Source: Capsulimonadales bacterium
GTDB lineage: Bacteria; Armatimonadota; Armatimonadia; Armatimonadales; Armatimonadaceae
Direction: 5' to 3'
DNA: 64,000 nucleotides
Assembly: GCA_033762295.1 (NCBI GenBank)
Contig: JANRLW010000064.1
Coordinates: 1-64,000 of the forward strand
Shown here: one piece after another, positions 40,566 to 51,285 of the stretch
How the letters are laid out: every line of letters starts with the position of its first letter
Position numbering within the stretch: the first letter of the stretch is position 1
Made by a program: the position numbers and the translations under genes
Notes under the pieces: model-generated
The model's input: only the letters and a program-made list of their open reading frames with translations
Database searches by the model: none
Told to the model about the DNA's origin: nothing

Positions 40566-42581
40566 TCACTGCGCCGTAAACGTTCCGGCGTTGTTATTCC
40601 AGTGATATAACTGCGTCCAGTTGCTGTTGAAGATTCCGATCTTGACCGTGTAGGTTCCGGCCTTCGTCGGGGTCCAATCCCATTTATAGGAGCGAACGGC
40701 GTTGGCGACCAGATTCTGCCCGGCGGCGTATCGCTGGTACACCTTCGCGCCGGCGGCGTCATAGATCTCCATATTGATGATCGACCCCATGCGCGGGGTG
40801 GCATCGTTAGTTACCGTGAGGGTGATGGTCGTTTTCGAATTGATCTTCACGGTCGACGGGTTGGCGACCGCCGAGGTGCCGAGCGTCTGGTTTTGAACCG
40901 GCTGCTGGCCCAGGACGAAGAGGGTGACGCTCTGCGGCGGCACCGTCGTGGTTACCGTGGTTGCCTGGGTCGAGGTATTGACCGACGGCGTCAGATCGGC
41001 GAGCCGTTTGATCACGTTGGCGGAGGTCAACTGGTAGACCTGTACCGCGCCTTTGGCGGCGAAACCGGCCAGATTCAGTGTCACCGGCGTATTGCCCGAC
41101 AGAACCTTGTTGATCGCCATAACCGTCATCGCGCCGTCCCTGGTCCGCTCCGCAGCGAAGGCGGACAGGTTATCCGGGTTGGCGACGTTGGCGGCAACAC
41201 TGGTATCGCCGAAGGTCGATTTGCTGCCGTCGTAGTTCCGGTACATCTTCATCGCCTTGTAGGTCGGTGTCGTGTTGCCCGGAATACCCCACCTGGCCGA
41301 CAGGTTCAGTCCCTCTCGACCGAAGATACCCATGATATCCGCCTGCGTGGTCGCTCCGTTGATATGGTTTTCCGCGCCCCAGTTGTACTCGGTGATCGCC
41401 GTCTGCGTTCCCGGATAGTACTGATTCACCCAGGCGCGAATCCGCGGGATCAACTGAACCGGGGTTCCGATCCAGCTTTCGTCCTTGTAGTTGGGGTCCC
41501 ACAGCGCGCGGGTGGATCGGTTGCGCCGAAGCTGCATCGAGGTCGATACGTCGTTTCCGAACTCACCGCCCTGCGGGTAATAGTGCACCGAAAAGATGTC
41601 CAGAAGCCGCTTGCCGGTTTTCGCCTGATGCTGGCGCATCTGGTCGAGAATCCATGGCATATAATCCCAGTTGCCGTTCTTCGACCGGTCCGGCAGAACG
41701 GACGACCATCCGTTGGTTCCGGCCCACTGCTGATCGTAGCCGCTGTAAAAGAAGCCGCTCCAACCCCACTCCTCCGGCCCGACCAGGATCGCATTCGGGT
41801 CCTTGTCGCGAATGCGGGTGCCGTAGTCGATCATTTTCGATTTGATCTCGTCCATCGTCGCGCCGACCGGGTGCACATCCCGATGGGTGAAATGCCAGAT
41901 ACTCGGTTCGTTATCGTAGATATAGTATTTGACACCGCCGGTCCCGGAGGTTCCGAACCGGGAGATCAGGTGGTTGATCATTCCCTGCTGGAACAGGCTG
42001 TCGGACGGAACGTTGGCATCCAGAGGGTTGTTATTGGTGATCGGCTTGCCCGTGGATTTGAGTATGCCGTTTCCCGCATCCGGGAACCATGAGGCGTCGG
42101 TCGCCGTCTGTGCGCCGTACTTTTTAACGGAGTACGAGGAGAGTTTCGAGCGATTCGCCCCGACCTTGGCGACATACCCGATGGTCGGAACGGTGATCAT
42201 CGGCTCTGCGCCGACGAGCGCCGCGAACGTGCTACGCGTGAAGGTCTCCACCCGTTCGCCCACGTTCCGGCTGTCATCCGGAATGCTTTCGAAATACCAG
42301 TCGCTGCCCCGGTTGTCGGCGTTCTGCTGGTAGTTGTAACGCGTGGCGGCATTGCCACCATTACGATTTATAACGTAGTTTATATCCGCAAGATCGGCCG
42401 TGTTGGCGAAAGCGACCCCGTAAATGCGGGGATCGATCGCGCGTCGGTTCGCTTTGGCATCCACATTGATGTAGGTCGCGGCATTTTGAGCGAAGGCCAG
42501 GGGGCAAAAACCGAGGACAAGAGACAGGGTTCCGGCAGCGCCACGGAAAGCGGACGCCATGTGAGTGTTTCGGAAATACAT
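40566..42581 (-). CDS. Glycoside hydrolase family 44 (endoglucanase/xyloglucanase) with C-terminal beta-sandwich
   Basis: GGNAATRYN, DNEPSIW..THRDVHP, VHYYPQ, AITEYNWG and GIFGREG motifs; signal peptide. Confidence 0.9.
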   Translation of the reverse strand: MYFRNTHMASAFRGAAGTLSLVLGFCPLAFAQNAATYINVDAKANRRAIDPRIYGVAFANTADLADINYVINRNGGNAATRYNYQQNADNRGSDWYFESIPDDSRNVGERVETFTRSTFAALVGAEPMITVPTIGYVAKVGANRSKLSSYSVKKYGAQTATDASWFPDAGNGILKSTGKPITNNNPLDANVPSDSLFQQGMINHLISRFGTSGTGGVKYYIYDNEPSIWHFTHRDVHPVGATMDEIKSKMIDYGTRIRDKDPNAILVGPEEWGWSGFFYSGYDQQWAGTNGWSSVLPDRSKNGNWDYMPWILDQMRQHQAKTGKRLLDIFSVHYYPQGGEFGNDVSTSMQLRRNRSTRALWDPNYKDESWIGTPVQLIPRIRAWVNQYYPGTQTAITEYNWGAENHINGATTQADIMGIFGREGLNLSARWGIPGNTTPTYKAMKMYRNYDGSKSTFGDTSVAANVANPDNLSAFAAERTRDGAMTVMAINKVLSGNTPVTLNLAGFAAKGAVQVYQLTSANVIKRLADLTPSVNTSTQATTVTTTVPPQSVTLFVLGQQPVQNQTLGTSAVANPSTVKINSKTTITLTVTNDATPRMGSIINMEIYDAAGAKVYQRYAAGQNLVANAVRSYKWDWTPTKAGTYTVKIGIFNSNWTQLYHWNNNAGTFTAQ

Positions 42582-42846
42582 TCGGTACTCCTTGATTGAT
42601 ACGATCCTGTCCGCAGGCTAACGTCAGGATCGGTGCACAAGTGAGCATCAGCCCTAAAGGACGATTCGGGTCTCCGGCAGCGGATACCCGGAATCGTTCC
42701 GGTCGAGGTATATCTTCTCACGAAGATACTGATGCAAAACCATCCGATTGTATTTTCGGGACGACGTGACCTTGAGTGGGCCGTCTTTTTTGCCGGTTTA
42801 GTTTGCGGGTATTGCGTCGCCGGGATGTCCGGGTAAAAAGGAAAAG

Positions 42847-43428
42847 ATGAAAATTGCGGGGGTGGATGAGGTCGGACGGGGACCGCTGGCCGGACCTGTG
42901 GTCGCGGCGGCGGTGATTTTGCCCGAAGATTGTGAGATTCCGGGAATGACGGACTCCAAACGGATGACGCCGGCGGCACGGGAGCGAGTCTTTGCGCGGC
43001 TGTGCGAATTGGACGTCGCAATCGGCATCGGCATGGTCGAGGCCGACGAAATCGACCGGATCAATATCCTTCAGGCGACCTATAAGGCAATGCGGCTGGC
43101 CGTCGCCGCACTCCCGATACCTCCCGATGAGGTCCTCGTCGATGGCCTGCCCGTTCCGAACCTTTATCGTGTCTGTCGAAATCTGGTCCGGGGAGATGCG
43201 CTCTGTCCGGCGATTTCCGCCGCGTCCGTCGTCGCCAAGGTCACTCGCGATCGTTTGATGACCGGTCGTTACCAGAAGGAGTTCCCGCTGTACCAATTCG
43301 CACGGCACAAGGGCTATGGCACGCCGGAGCATCTGGAAGCGTTAAGGGAGCATGGTCCCTGCATCCTCCATCGCCGCTCCTTCGCGCCGGTCGCCCAGTG
43401 CGTACTGCGGTTCGAAGAGAGTGTCTGA
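42847..43428 (+). CDS. rnhB: Ribonuclease HII
   Basis: AGVDEVGRGPLAGPVVAAAV, DSK, NILQAT, ISAASVVAKVTRD and HKGYGT motifs. Confidence 0.97.
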   Translation: MKIAGVDEVGRGPLAGPVVAAAVILPEDCEIPGMTDSKRMTPAARERVFARLCELDVAIGIGMVEADEIDRINILQATYKAMRLAVAALPIPPDEVLVDGLPVPNLYRVCRNLVRGDALCPAISAASVVAKVTRDRLMTGRYQKEFPLYQFARHKGYGTPEHLEALREHGPCILHRRSFAPVAQCVLRFEESV

Positions 43429-43430
43429 GC

Positions 43431-43937
43431 CTACAATTCGACGGTTTTATTTTCGCCGACCGGACGACTCTCCTGCGTCAGGGTGTTCCGCACCAGAGCG
43501 ATCGTGGTCGCTACGACCCCGGACGGCGAATCCCAGTACTCGGCGCTTTCGGTTTCCACCTTCAGCAGGCAGATGTTCGGCGTTTCCAGTTCCTGGGGAA
43601 ACCATGCTTTGAAGGTGGGACGCCAGAGTTGCTCCATCTTGGCCCGGTCATGGAGGATGTGGGCGCGTCCCGAAATCGAGACATAATCCTGCTTGCTCGG
43701 ATTTGAGTAGGCGACGTTCACCCGGGAATCATGACGGATCTCCTGCGCCTTCGGGGAGTTGTCGTAGGTGAAGAAATACAGGTCGCCGTCGAAATCGACT
43801 TCCTGGGTCGCCATCGGTCGGCTGAATAACCGTCCGTCTTCGCCGACCGTGGTCAGCATGGCAATTTTCACCCCGTGAATCAGTTCGCCGACCTTTTTGA
43901 CGTTGTCCGCGCGCGTTGCGGCCAGTTCGTTCTGCAT
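43431..43937 (-). CDS. Pyridoxamine 5'-phosphate oxidase-like general stress protein (start ~43937)
   Basis: IAMLTT, SRPMATQ, YVSISGRA, KAWFP and AEYWD motifs. Confidence 0.9.
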   Translation of the reverse strand: MQNELAATRADNVKKVGELIHGVKIAMLTTVGEDGRLFSRPMATQEVDFDGDLYFFTYDNSPKAQEIRHDSRVNVAYSNPSKQDYVSISGRAHILHDRAKMEQLWRPTFKAWFPQELETPNICLLKVETESAEYWDSPSGVVATTIALVRNTLTQESRPVGENKTVEL

Positions 43938-44026
43938 CCCTTGCCCCTCTTTCAAGCGGGGTTCGCCCGCGTGTTTCTCGAACAAGACGAGGAAACGACC
44001 GTCGGGTTCGCCAAACAAAATGTCGT

Positions 44027-44446
44027 ATGACAGGCAGGGTCAAACGGCGGGCGAGCGGCACGGGATCGGTCGGGGAGGGACTCGCGCAGGAGTTTCTGGA
44101 GCGGGCGGGGTATTGCCTGATCGACACCAATATTCGTTTCGGGTCGACCTCAGGGGTGACCGGCGAACTGGATATCGTCGCCTGGGACGGACCGACCCTC
44201 TGTTTCCTCGAGGTCAAGACGCGCCGGGCCAGCGGTCGGGAAGGTTCTCCGGCGGCGGCGGTGTCCGCGGCCAAACAGCGACAGCTCACCCGATTGGCGA
44301 CCGCGTATGCCCTGCGCTACGGTTTTCTCGGTGACGGGGAAACACCGATGCGTTTTGATGTGGTTTCGGTCACCCTTTGGCCGAATCCGGACCGTGCTCC
44401 GGTCATCCGGCTTCTTCGGGGCGCGTTCCCGGCTGCGGACGAGTAG
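44027..44446 (+). CDS. yraN: YraN family (UPF0102) endonuclease-like protein
   Basis: GEGLA, GELDIVA, FLEVKTR, KQRQL and RFDVV motifs. Confidence 0.9.
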   Translation: MTGRVKRRASGTGSVGEGLAQEFLERAGYCLIDTNIRFGSTSGVTGELDIVAWDGPTLCFLEVKTRRASGREGSPAAAVSAAKQRQLTRLATAYALRYGFLGDGETPMRFDVVSVTLWPNPDRAPVIRLLRGAFPAADE

Positions 44447-44457
44447 GCCGGCCCCGG

Positions 44458-46467
44458 TCAGGCCAGAAGCTCGGCTTCGGCGGCGGCGTTTTCCCAGGCG
44501 GTCAGCGAGGCCTGTAACTCGTTCCGGAGCCGCGTGTGTTCGGCGGCGAGTGCGACCAAATCCGTCCCTTTCCCGCCGGAGGCCAGAGCCGCTTCGACGT
44601 CCGCAAGGCGTTTCTCCGCCTCGTGAACCGCCCGTTCGGCCCGGTCCGTCGCCTCCTTCGCTTTCGTCCGCGCTTTGCTCCGTTCGTGTGCGCTCATTCC
44701 GGCCAGCGCCGGGTTCGGGGCGACCGGTGGCGGGGCCGCGTTCTTGGCGGGGACGGGGGCAGGTGGCGGCGATGCCGACGCCGGTCGGACCGGTGCCGAC
44801 GCCGGTCGGACCGGTTTCGATCGGATCGTGTCCCGCCAGACCGCATAGTTCCCCTCGACGAACGCCGCGCCGCCGTCGCCGGTCAGTCCGAGCGTTTTGG
44901 TCGTCACCGCGTTCAGCAGGTATCGATCATGGCTGACAATCAACAGGGTACCGTCGTAACGGGACAGCATCTCGGTCAGCGTCTCGACCGACGGCATATC
45001 GAGGTGGTTGGTCGGCTCGTCGAGGATCAGCAGGTTGCAGGGGCGTAGCAGCATCAAGGCGAGCGCCAGTTTGTTCTTCTCGCCACCGGAAAGCATTCCG
45101 ACCGTTTTGTGAACATCGTCGCGGGAAAACAGGAAACGGCCGAGGTAGTTCCGGGCTTCGGTCTCGGTAAAGGTCGGCGCGGCGTCCGTCAGCGTCTCCA
45201 CAACCGTCCGATCGACCTCGAGGCGATCGGTCGCGTGCTGCGAGAAGTACGCCGGGCGGACATTATGCCCGAACGTGATCTCGCCCCCGGTCGGCGGTTC
45301 CTCACCCAGGATCATCCGGACCAGGGTGGTCTTTCCCGCGCCGTTCGGCCCGACGACGCCCACCCGGTCGTTGCGCTCGACGACGGCATGAAGGTCCGAG
45401 AAAAGGGTGCGTTCGCCGTATCGTTTCGACAGATCGGTCAGGCGCATCACTTCGCGTCCGATCCGGCCCGCGCCCGCCGTTTCGAACCGGGCTTTCACCG
45501 TGCGGATGTCCGTTCCGGGCGGATCGATCTTCTCCATCCGATCAATGCGTCCCTGTGTCTTGTGCCGGATATTGCTGGCGTTGGCATCTGCGCCCATGTT
45601 ACGTTTGATCAGGTCCTGAAGCCGGGAAATCTCCGCCTGCTGGATATCGTAGAGCTCCTGCTGTCGCTGCATCCGCTCCTCTTTTTGTTGTCGGAAGTGC
45701 GAATAATTGCCCTTGTAGACGGTCAGGCGTTTGTTTTCCAGTTCGGCGATGGTATCGGTCACGGCGTCCAGGAAGTAGCGGTCGTGGCTGATGAGCAGCA
45801 CCGCGCCGGGATAGGACTTGAGGAAACCTTCGAGCCATTCGGTCGCATCGATATCGAGGTGGTTGGTCGGTTCATCGAGTACGAGGAGATCGGGGCGTGT
45901 CAGAACCAGTTTGGCCAGGGCCAGCCGGGTTTGTTCGCCGCCGGAGCAGTCGCCGACGCGTTTCCGTCGCGCCTCCGGGCCGAATCCGAGCTTTTCCAGG
46001 ACGGAATCCCGTTCCTCCTCGATCGCGTATCCGCCATGCGCTTCGAAATCGTCCTGTGCGGCGGTGTAATCGGCCATCGCCTTTTCGAGGGCGGCGTCAT
46101 CGGTCGCCGTACTCATGGCATGTTCGGCGTCCTGCAGGCGTCGCTCGATGGCGCGGAGCGGCGCCAGCGCCTCGTCGATCTCCTGTTCGATCGTGTGTTC
46201 GGGATGGACGGGCGCTTCCTGGCGCAGGTAGCCCATACGCCGACCCGATGCCATGGCGATGCGCGGGTGGAGCAGTTCGTTTTTGGGGCCGACGCTGGCG
46301 TCGGGCGTCTCCTGACCGAGAAGTATCCGTATGAGCGTGGTTTTGCCGCCGCCGTTGCGACCGATCAGGCCCATCTTCTGCCCGGCGGCGAGGCTGAACT
46401 GAATATCGGTGAAAAGCAGTTCGGCACCAAAACTCTTGGCGACGTTGACGACGGTTAAAAGGCTCAT
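44458..46467 (-). CDS. ABC-F family ATP-binding protein
   Basis: Two ABC domains (GRNGGGKTT, SGGEQ, LDEPTNHLD; GPNGAGKTT, SGGEK), no TM domain, C-terminal coiled coil. Confidence 0.95.
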   Translation of the reverse strand: MSLLTVVNVAKSFGAELLFTDIQFSLAAGQKMGLIGRNGGGKTTLIRILLGQETPDASVGPKNELLHPRIAMASGRRMGYLRQEAPVHPEHTIEQEIDEALAPLRAIERRLQDAEHAMSTATDDAALEKAMADYTAAQDDFEAHGGYAIEEERDSVLEKLGFGPEARRKRVGDCSGGEQTRLALAKLVLTRPDLLVLDEPTNHLDIDATEWLEGFLKSYPGAVLLISHDRYFLDAVTDTIAELENKRLTVYKGNYSHFRQQKEERMQRQQELYDIQQAEISRLQDLIKRNMGADANASNIRHKTQGRIDRMEKIDPPGTDIRTVKARFETAGAGRIGREVMRLTDLSKRYGERTLFSDLHAVVERNDRVGVVGPNGAGKTTLVRMILGEEPPTGGEITFGHNVRPAYFSQHATDRLEVDRTVVETLTDAAPTFTETEARNYLGRFLFSRDDVHKTVGMLSGGEKNKLALALMLLRPCNLLILDEPTNHLDMPSVETLTEMLSRYDGTLLIVSHDRYLLNAVTTKTLGLTGDGGAAFVEGNYAVWRDTIRSKPVRPASAPVRPASASPPPAPVPAKNAAPPPVAPNPALAGMSAHERSKARTKAKEATDRAERAVHEAEKRLADVEAALASGGKGTDLVALAAEHTRLRNELQASLTAWENAAAEAELLA
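44773..44814. repeat. 21-bp tandem duplication (encodes PVRPASA x2)
   Basis: TGCCGACGCCGGTCGGACCGG x2 in the ABC-F linker. Confidence 0.8.
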
Positions 46468-46608
46468 ACAGGTGTTCCGACTCCGAGGCATTATCGCCCA
46501 AAGTCAGGCCCAAGGCAAACGGAAATCGCTCGCCACAAGAGAAAGGCCGGAGCAACCGGGGACCGAACGCCGGAGTATTCACCCCGGCGTCGCCCGCCGC
46601 CGTTGTCC

Positions 46609-47364
46609 TCACGGCTGGTTCGGGTCGAACCGGAAGGTGGTGGTCTTCTCGCCCGGTTGTCGGCTCTCCTGTGGAATCACCCCGATCCGGGCGATGTCGC
46701 GGAATTTATTCTTTGTATTGGCGTAGGCCACCTTGACGTTTCCGATCGTGCCGGACTGGGCCCAGACGATCCGCAACTCGTTTTCGCCCGGGCGCACCAG
46801 GTTGCCCACATCCAGGTTATTGTTAACCTGCACGGTCCCGACCCGCTTGCCGTTCAAATAAACGACCGCCGGGCGAATCAAGGCCGACCGGAGGATCACC
46901 TGCCGGGAAGCGGAACCGGAGACCGGGCTTTTGCCCTGCGCCTCGTCAAGGGCGGAACCGGGGAGCGTAAAGGTGAACGTACTGTCCGTCTTGCCGCCCG
47001 TCACCGGGTTGATGGCGTAGCGCAGGAGGCGGCGGAACTTCCCGGCGGTCGGGGCATGCGATATCTCGACGCTGCCCATGCGGCGGGACTGCACCGCGCG
47101 GACGGTGTTTTCGCCCGGCTTGCAGTAGGCGGTGATATCGGTCCAGTAGATGACCGGCTTGGAGTCCACCTGCTGACCGTTGACATACACGGTGATCGGG
47201 GTACCGTAGCCGCCGCTCGCCCGAAGGATAACCTGGTTGTCCCGTCGGGGTATGCGTGCCAGCGCGGCGTTGTTAAACTTGTCCTGTGCGGAGACGGCGG
47301 CAGTCGACACTACCGGAACGAAGCACAGCAATGCCACCCGTCCCGCGATATCTCGCTTCATCAA
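46609..47364 (-). CDS. Hypothetical secreted protein with an internal two-domain repeat
   Basis: Signal peptide; VYVNG...KPGENTVR / VYLNG...RPGENELR duplicated; AGGAG RBS. Confidence 0.7.
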   Translation of the reverse strand: MMKRDIAGRVALLCFVPVVSTAAVSAQDKFNNAALARIPRRDNQVILRASGGYGTPITVYVNGQQVDSKPVIYWTDITAYCKPGENTVRAVQSRRMGSVEISHAPTAGKFRRLLRYAINPVTGGKTDSTFTFTLPGSALDEAQGKSPVSGSASRQVILRSALIRPAVVYLNGKRVGTVQVNNNLDVGNLVRPGENELRIVWAQSGTIGNVKVAYANTKNKFRDIARIGVIPQESRQPGEKTTTFRFDPNQP

Positions 47365-47682
47365 TGGTTCTCTCCTTTCGTCCGTTCCAGGATGTTACCG
47401 AAAAACCGGATACTCGACGGGCGGAGCGAGAACACGGTTCCGTTGACCGTTCGCCGCATGGTCGCCTCCGGGGGAGCCGATTTTCCGATATCGTTTCGAC
47501 GCACCGGCCCGTCGCACCGAAAAGGGCAGGATTCGACGAGGTCGGCGCGGAAGTGACCACCTGAACGAACGAGGCCCGTTTTTCGGCGAGTTTTTCACCG
47601 GAAAACGGGAAAACATGGGCCGTAGCCCGGTCGGACTGCCACCGGATGGACAGACCGGGTGTCGGATCGTTGGTGAAAGACG

Positions 47683-48093
47683 ATGTTTTTCATTCTTCCC
47701 GGGATTCTGTTCTGTGGTTTTCTGATGATCGCTGTCTGGTGGGCGTTCTTTCGGGCGGCGGTGCGGCATGAGCGTACCGTGAGAGAGGCGCGACGGCGCG
47801 AGGCGGCGTTCGAACGCCTGCTGGCGACCGAGGGGTTGCCGCTCTATTGCGTCGCCTGCCGTCGTGTATTCCGTGGCCCCCTGGAACCGGACGGATGCCC
47901 GGAATGTCATTTGCGCTCGTTCGTCCTGCCGGCGTATCTGAGCGAGGAACGGGGCGTGCCCGAAGCGGTACGGAACCTGCCACCGATCCCGGATCGACGG
48001 CGACCGGATCAGGAGGAACCCACCGTTCCGGAAGCCCCCATCGTCGAACCCACCCCTCTACGAAACACCTTGCCCCAGGGAAAACAACCATGA
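47683..48093 (+). CDS. Membrane-anchored Zn-ribbon protein
   Basis: N-terminal TM; CVAC...CPEC; ATGA overlap with the next gene. Confidence 0.6.
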   Translation: MFFILPGILFCGFLMIAVWWAFFRAAVRHERTVREARRREAAFERLLATEGLPLYCVACRRVFRGPLEPDGCPECHLRSFVLPAYLSEERGVPEAVRNLPPIPDRRRPDQEEPTVPEAPIVEPTPLRNTLPQGKQP

Positions 48094-48923
48094 AAGTTTC
48101 AAAAGTCGGCTGCCTCACCGGAATCGGGGTCGGCATCGTCGGCACCGTCCTCTTCTTCGTCGTGTCGCTGGCGGCCGGAGGGCACATGCCGGGACCGACG
48201 TATATCGCTCCCGGCAACGTCGGCCTGCGGATCGACAACTATAAAGGCGTCGTCCAGGACAACCTGATGCCCTCCGGCGTCCACTTCCAGGGCATCTGGG
48301 AGACCGTCATCGAAGTGCCCACCATGCAGCGGACCCTCTCGTTCGATGGCGACGGCGCGATCGATGTCAATACGTCCTCGAATATGCTGACCGCCGACGT
48401 GACGGTGCAGTACAACGTACGCGGGGACAAAGCCCGGGCGCTCTACACCGACTATCAGGACACCTTCGCCGATCTGGCCCAGTTCGAGTCGATCAATGTC
48501 CGTCCGGCAATCAAGGAAGCGGTCAACTATGCGATGGGCGATCTCGATACCGCGGCCGCAATGACGACCGAAGGAAAGACCAAAGCGGAGGAGGAAGCGC
48601 TGGCTCGCCTCCGGAATGAATGGGGACCGCGCGGTGTCGAGTTCCATAACCTGCTGATCCGCGCCGTCGAACCGGATGCTCAGGCGAAGGCGCTTCTGTC
48701 GGCGACGACGGCCAAGATGCAGGACATCGAAAACGCCAAACTCGCCCTGAAACAGCAGGAAGTCGAAAATCAAACGCTGATCCGTACCGCGCAGGCCGAG
48801 GCACGGATCAACAACGCGCGCGACTCCTCGCTCACCGACCTGTATATTCAGGACAAGATGCTGCAGCGGGTGGATACGATCTACCTGCCGTCCGACCGGA
48901 TCATGGGGATGCTCAACAAATGA
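48090..48923 (+). CDS. SPFH/prohibitin domain protein (start 48090)
   Basis: TM, then YIAPGNVGLRID, DVTVQY and AQAEA coiled coil. Confidence 0.8.
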   Translation: MKVSKVGCLTGIGVGIVGTVLFFVVSLAAGGHMPGPTYIAPGNVGLRIDNYKGVVQDNLMPSGVHFQGIWETVIEVPTMQRTLSFDGDGAIDVNTSSNMLTADVTVQYNVRGDKARALYTDYQDTFADLAQFESINVRPAIKEAVNYAMGDLDTAAAMTTEGKTKAEEEALARLRNEWGPRGVEFHNLLIRAVEPDAQAKALLSATTAKMQDIENAKLALKQQEVENQTLIRTAQAEARINNARDSSLTDLYIQDKMLQRVDTIYLPSDRIMGMLNK

Positions 48924-49864
48924 AGCCCACGACTTTCCTTACGCTGCCAGCCGACCGACGGACGCTCGGCATGGCCTTCGCCTTCTTCCTGGCGACGTTC
49001 CTTCTGTCCGGCTGCGGAACCATCGTCAAAACCGGGAATGTCGGTCTGGTTGTCAACCACTTCTCCGGAAAAGTGGACGGCAAGGTCCGTCATGCGGGCT
49101 TCAACCCGTTACCGCCGATGTCCGGATACGAGATGATCGAAATCCCGACCCACAAGCGCACCTACACGATGGTGCGGACCAGTGCGGAGGGGTCGCGTCG
49201 GGGAGATGACAGCGTTCGGGTCAATACGTCTTCCGCGAACGTCCTGAACGTCGACATCTCCGTCACCTACCACCTGGCGTTCGATCCGGCGCGTGAGGAA
49301 GGGCTGAAGAACCTGTACGATAAGTACCGCTCCCAGTTCCAGGGCCAGGGGTTCGATGCCTTCGAGGAGAACCAACTCCGTCCGCTCTTTCGGAAATTCG
49401 TTTCGAACGCCTTCGGTAAACTGACCACGGTCGAAGCGATGACCGGAGAGGGCAAGAACCGGGCTGCGAAGGATGCGCGCGATGAACTGAATCGAATGCT
49501 GAACCCGGATTCGATCATCGTGGATGAAGTCCGTATCCGGGCGATCTGGCCGGATGAAAACACGAAAAACACGCTGCGCACCCATCTGGTCGCCGAGCAG
49601 AACCTGCGACTGTCGAAGCTGAACCAGCAGTTGGCAGAACTGGTCAACGCCCGCGCGGTCTCCCGGGCGGAAGCGGAGGCGAAGGCGACCCGGATTCGCG
49701 CGGCCTCGCTGACACCTCGTCTGGTCAAGTACAAACATCTGGACGCGATCCGAATCGTCGGCGTCCCGCAGGGAGCGATCGTCAACGCCGGTGCGCCGGT
49801 CGAACGTGTTCGGCCCACCGACCTCCCCGCTTCGTCTCCCGACGCGGAAAACGGCGTCCCCTAG
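48920..49864 (+). CDS. SPFH/prohibitin domain lipoprotein
   Basis: LSGC lipobox; GNVGLVVN, VDISVTY and AEAEAKATRIRAASLTP motifs. Confidence 0.82.
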   Translation: MKPTTFLTLPADRRTLGMAFAFFLATFLLSGCGTIVKTGNVGLVVNHFSGKVDGKVRHAGFNPLPPMSGYEMIEIPTHKRTYTMVRTSAEGSRRGDDSVRVNTSSANVLNVDISVTYHLAFDPAREEGLKNLYDKYRSQFQGQGFDAFEENQLRPLFRKFVSNAFGKLTTVEAMTGEGKNRAAKDARDELNRMLNPDSIIVDEVRIRAIWPDENTKNTLRTHLVAEQNLRLSKLNQQLAELVNARAVSRAEAEAKATRIRAASLTPRLVKYKHLDAIRIVGVPQGAIVNAGAPVERVRPTDLPASSPDAENGVP

Positions 49865-49875
49865 GCGTCTCTCCG

Positions 49876-51285
49876 TCAGGCGCGGTCTTCGTAGAGGTCG
49901 CGCCTGGTCGGGGGAAGACCGGACGGACCTTTGCTCCCGTGTTTGGTCGCCAGAATCTGGTAGAGGCGAAGCGGCCCGTCGGCAAAATTGAAACTGACGG
50001 CGGCAAGGTAGGCGACCCACATCCGATAACGCTCCTCCCCCACAAGCGCAACCGCTTCCTCCCGACGGGCCGACAGACGCTGACACCAGTAGCGCGAGGT
50101 CAGACCGTAATGCCACCGCCAGCCCTCGACATCCTGTATCTCGAAACCGCCCGCTTCCATGCACTCCTGAACATGTCCGACATGGTCCAGTTCGGAACCG
50201 GGAAAGATATATTTAAGGATCAGCCGCTTCTCCGGGGTGATCTTACGAAAATCTTTCGAGGAGGCTTTGGCGCGACGGGTGATTCCGTGATTGAGAAAAA
50301 TACCGCGGTCCCGCAGAAGCGACGCGACCTTGCGGCAGTAGCCAGGGAGGTTGTCGATACCGACATGCTCGAACATACCGACACTGGCCACCTTATCATA
50401 GACCCCGGTGACATCCATATAGTCGCACAGTTCCACCGTGACCCGTCCTTCCAGGCCGAGGTTTCGAATCTTTGCCTGAACGAACTCATGCTGACGCTCG
50501 GAAAGGGTCACCCCATGGGCGATGACCCCGTATTTTCGGGCCGCATAACATATCAGGCCGCCCCAACCGCATCCGATGTCCAGCATTCTCTCGTCCGCCT
50601 GAAGACGTAGTTTCCGGCAGATCATTTCGATCTTATCGGTCTGCGCCTGCGCCAGCGTATTGTTCCAGTCGGTGAAATAGGCGCAGGAGTACTGCATCTC
50701 CGGATCGAGAAACAGGGCGTAAAACTCATTGCTGACATCATAATGAAACTGAATGAACTCCCGATTATTGCGGCGTGACGGATTCAATCCGGTTTCATCG
50801 TCGGCGTATCCATGTTTCAGGTCCGGTTTGTCGGGAGGCGTTAACAGCAAAACCAGGGCGTCCCGGAGAAGCACTCCGTAGCTGACGCCGCGCAGTCGTG
50901 TCTTCGATCTGCGCGAACGGGCGATATCGCCGAAGGCCATCAGGTCGCCACCATGAAAATCGAGATCGCCTGATGCATAGTGGCGCAGTAGCGTCTCGAT
51001 ATTCGGGCGACGTAGGAGCGAACCAAGGACACCCGGACCGCGGATCGAGAGGAAATAGCCGGGTTCGACCTCCGGTCCGAGCGGGACGAGGGAGCCATCC
51101 CACAAACGTACGCTGAAGCGGGCCTGAACCGCTTCCGCGACATATTCGAGGATCTTGCGAGCCGCCGCCAAACGTCGGGCATCCTGAGTATCGGGCACGA
51201 ATCCGCTCCTTCGAACGCCCTGAACGACAGCATTCGTGATACGGATTGTACCTGCATCGCCGGAGGTTTCGATACCTGCGGTCAT
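49876..51285 (-). CDS. cfa: Cyclopropane-fatty-acyl-phospholipid synthase family SAM methyltransferase
   Basis: FHYDVSNEFY, MQYSCAYF, LDIGCGWG, SVGMFEHVG and YIFPG motifs. Confidence 0.92.
   Translation of the reverse strand: MTAGIETSGDAGTIRITNAVVQGVRRSGFVPDTQDARRLAAARKILEYVAEAVQARFSVRLWDGSLVPLGPEVEPGYFLSIRGPGVLGSLLRRPNIETLLRHYASGDLDFHGGDLMAFGDIARSRRSKTRLRGVSYGVLLRDALVLLLTPPDKPDLKHGYADDETGLNPSRRNNREFIQFHYDVSNEFYALFLDPEMQYSCAYFTDWNNTLAQAQTDKIEMICRKLRLQADERMLDIGCGWGGLICYAARKYGVIAHGVTLSERQHEFVQAKIRNLGLEGRVTVELCDYMDVTGVYDKVASVGMFEHVGIDNLPGYCRKVASLLRDRGIFLNHGITRRAKASSKDFRKITPEKRLILKYIFPGSELDHVGHVQECMEAGGFEIQDVEGWRWHYGLTSRYWCQRLSARREEAVALVGEERYRMWVAYLAAVSFNFADGPLRLYQILATKHGSKGPSGLPPTRRDLYEDRA

Noticed and set aside
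42582..42846. Possible riboswitch in the long leader upstream of GH44
   Set aside because: Some hairpins are present but no recognisable riboswitch consensus; an Infernal search would be needed.
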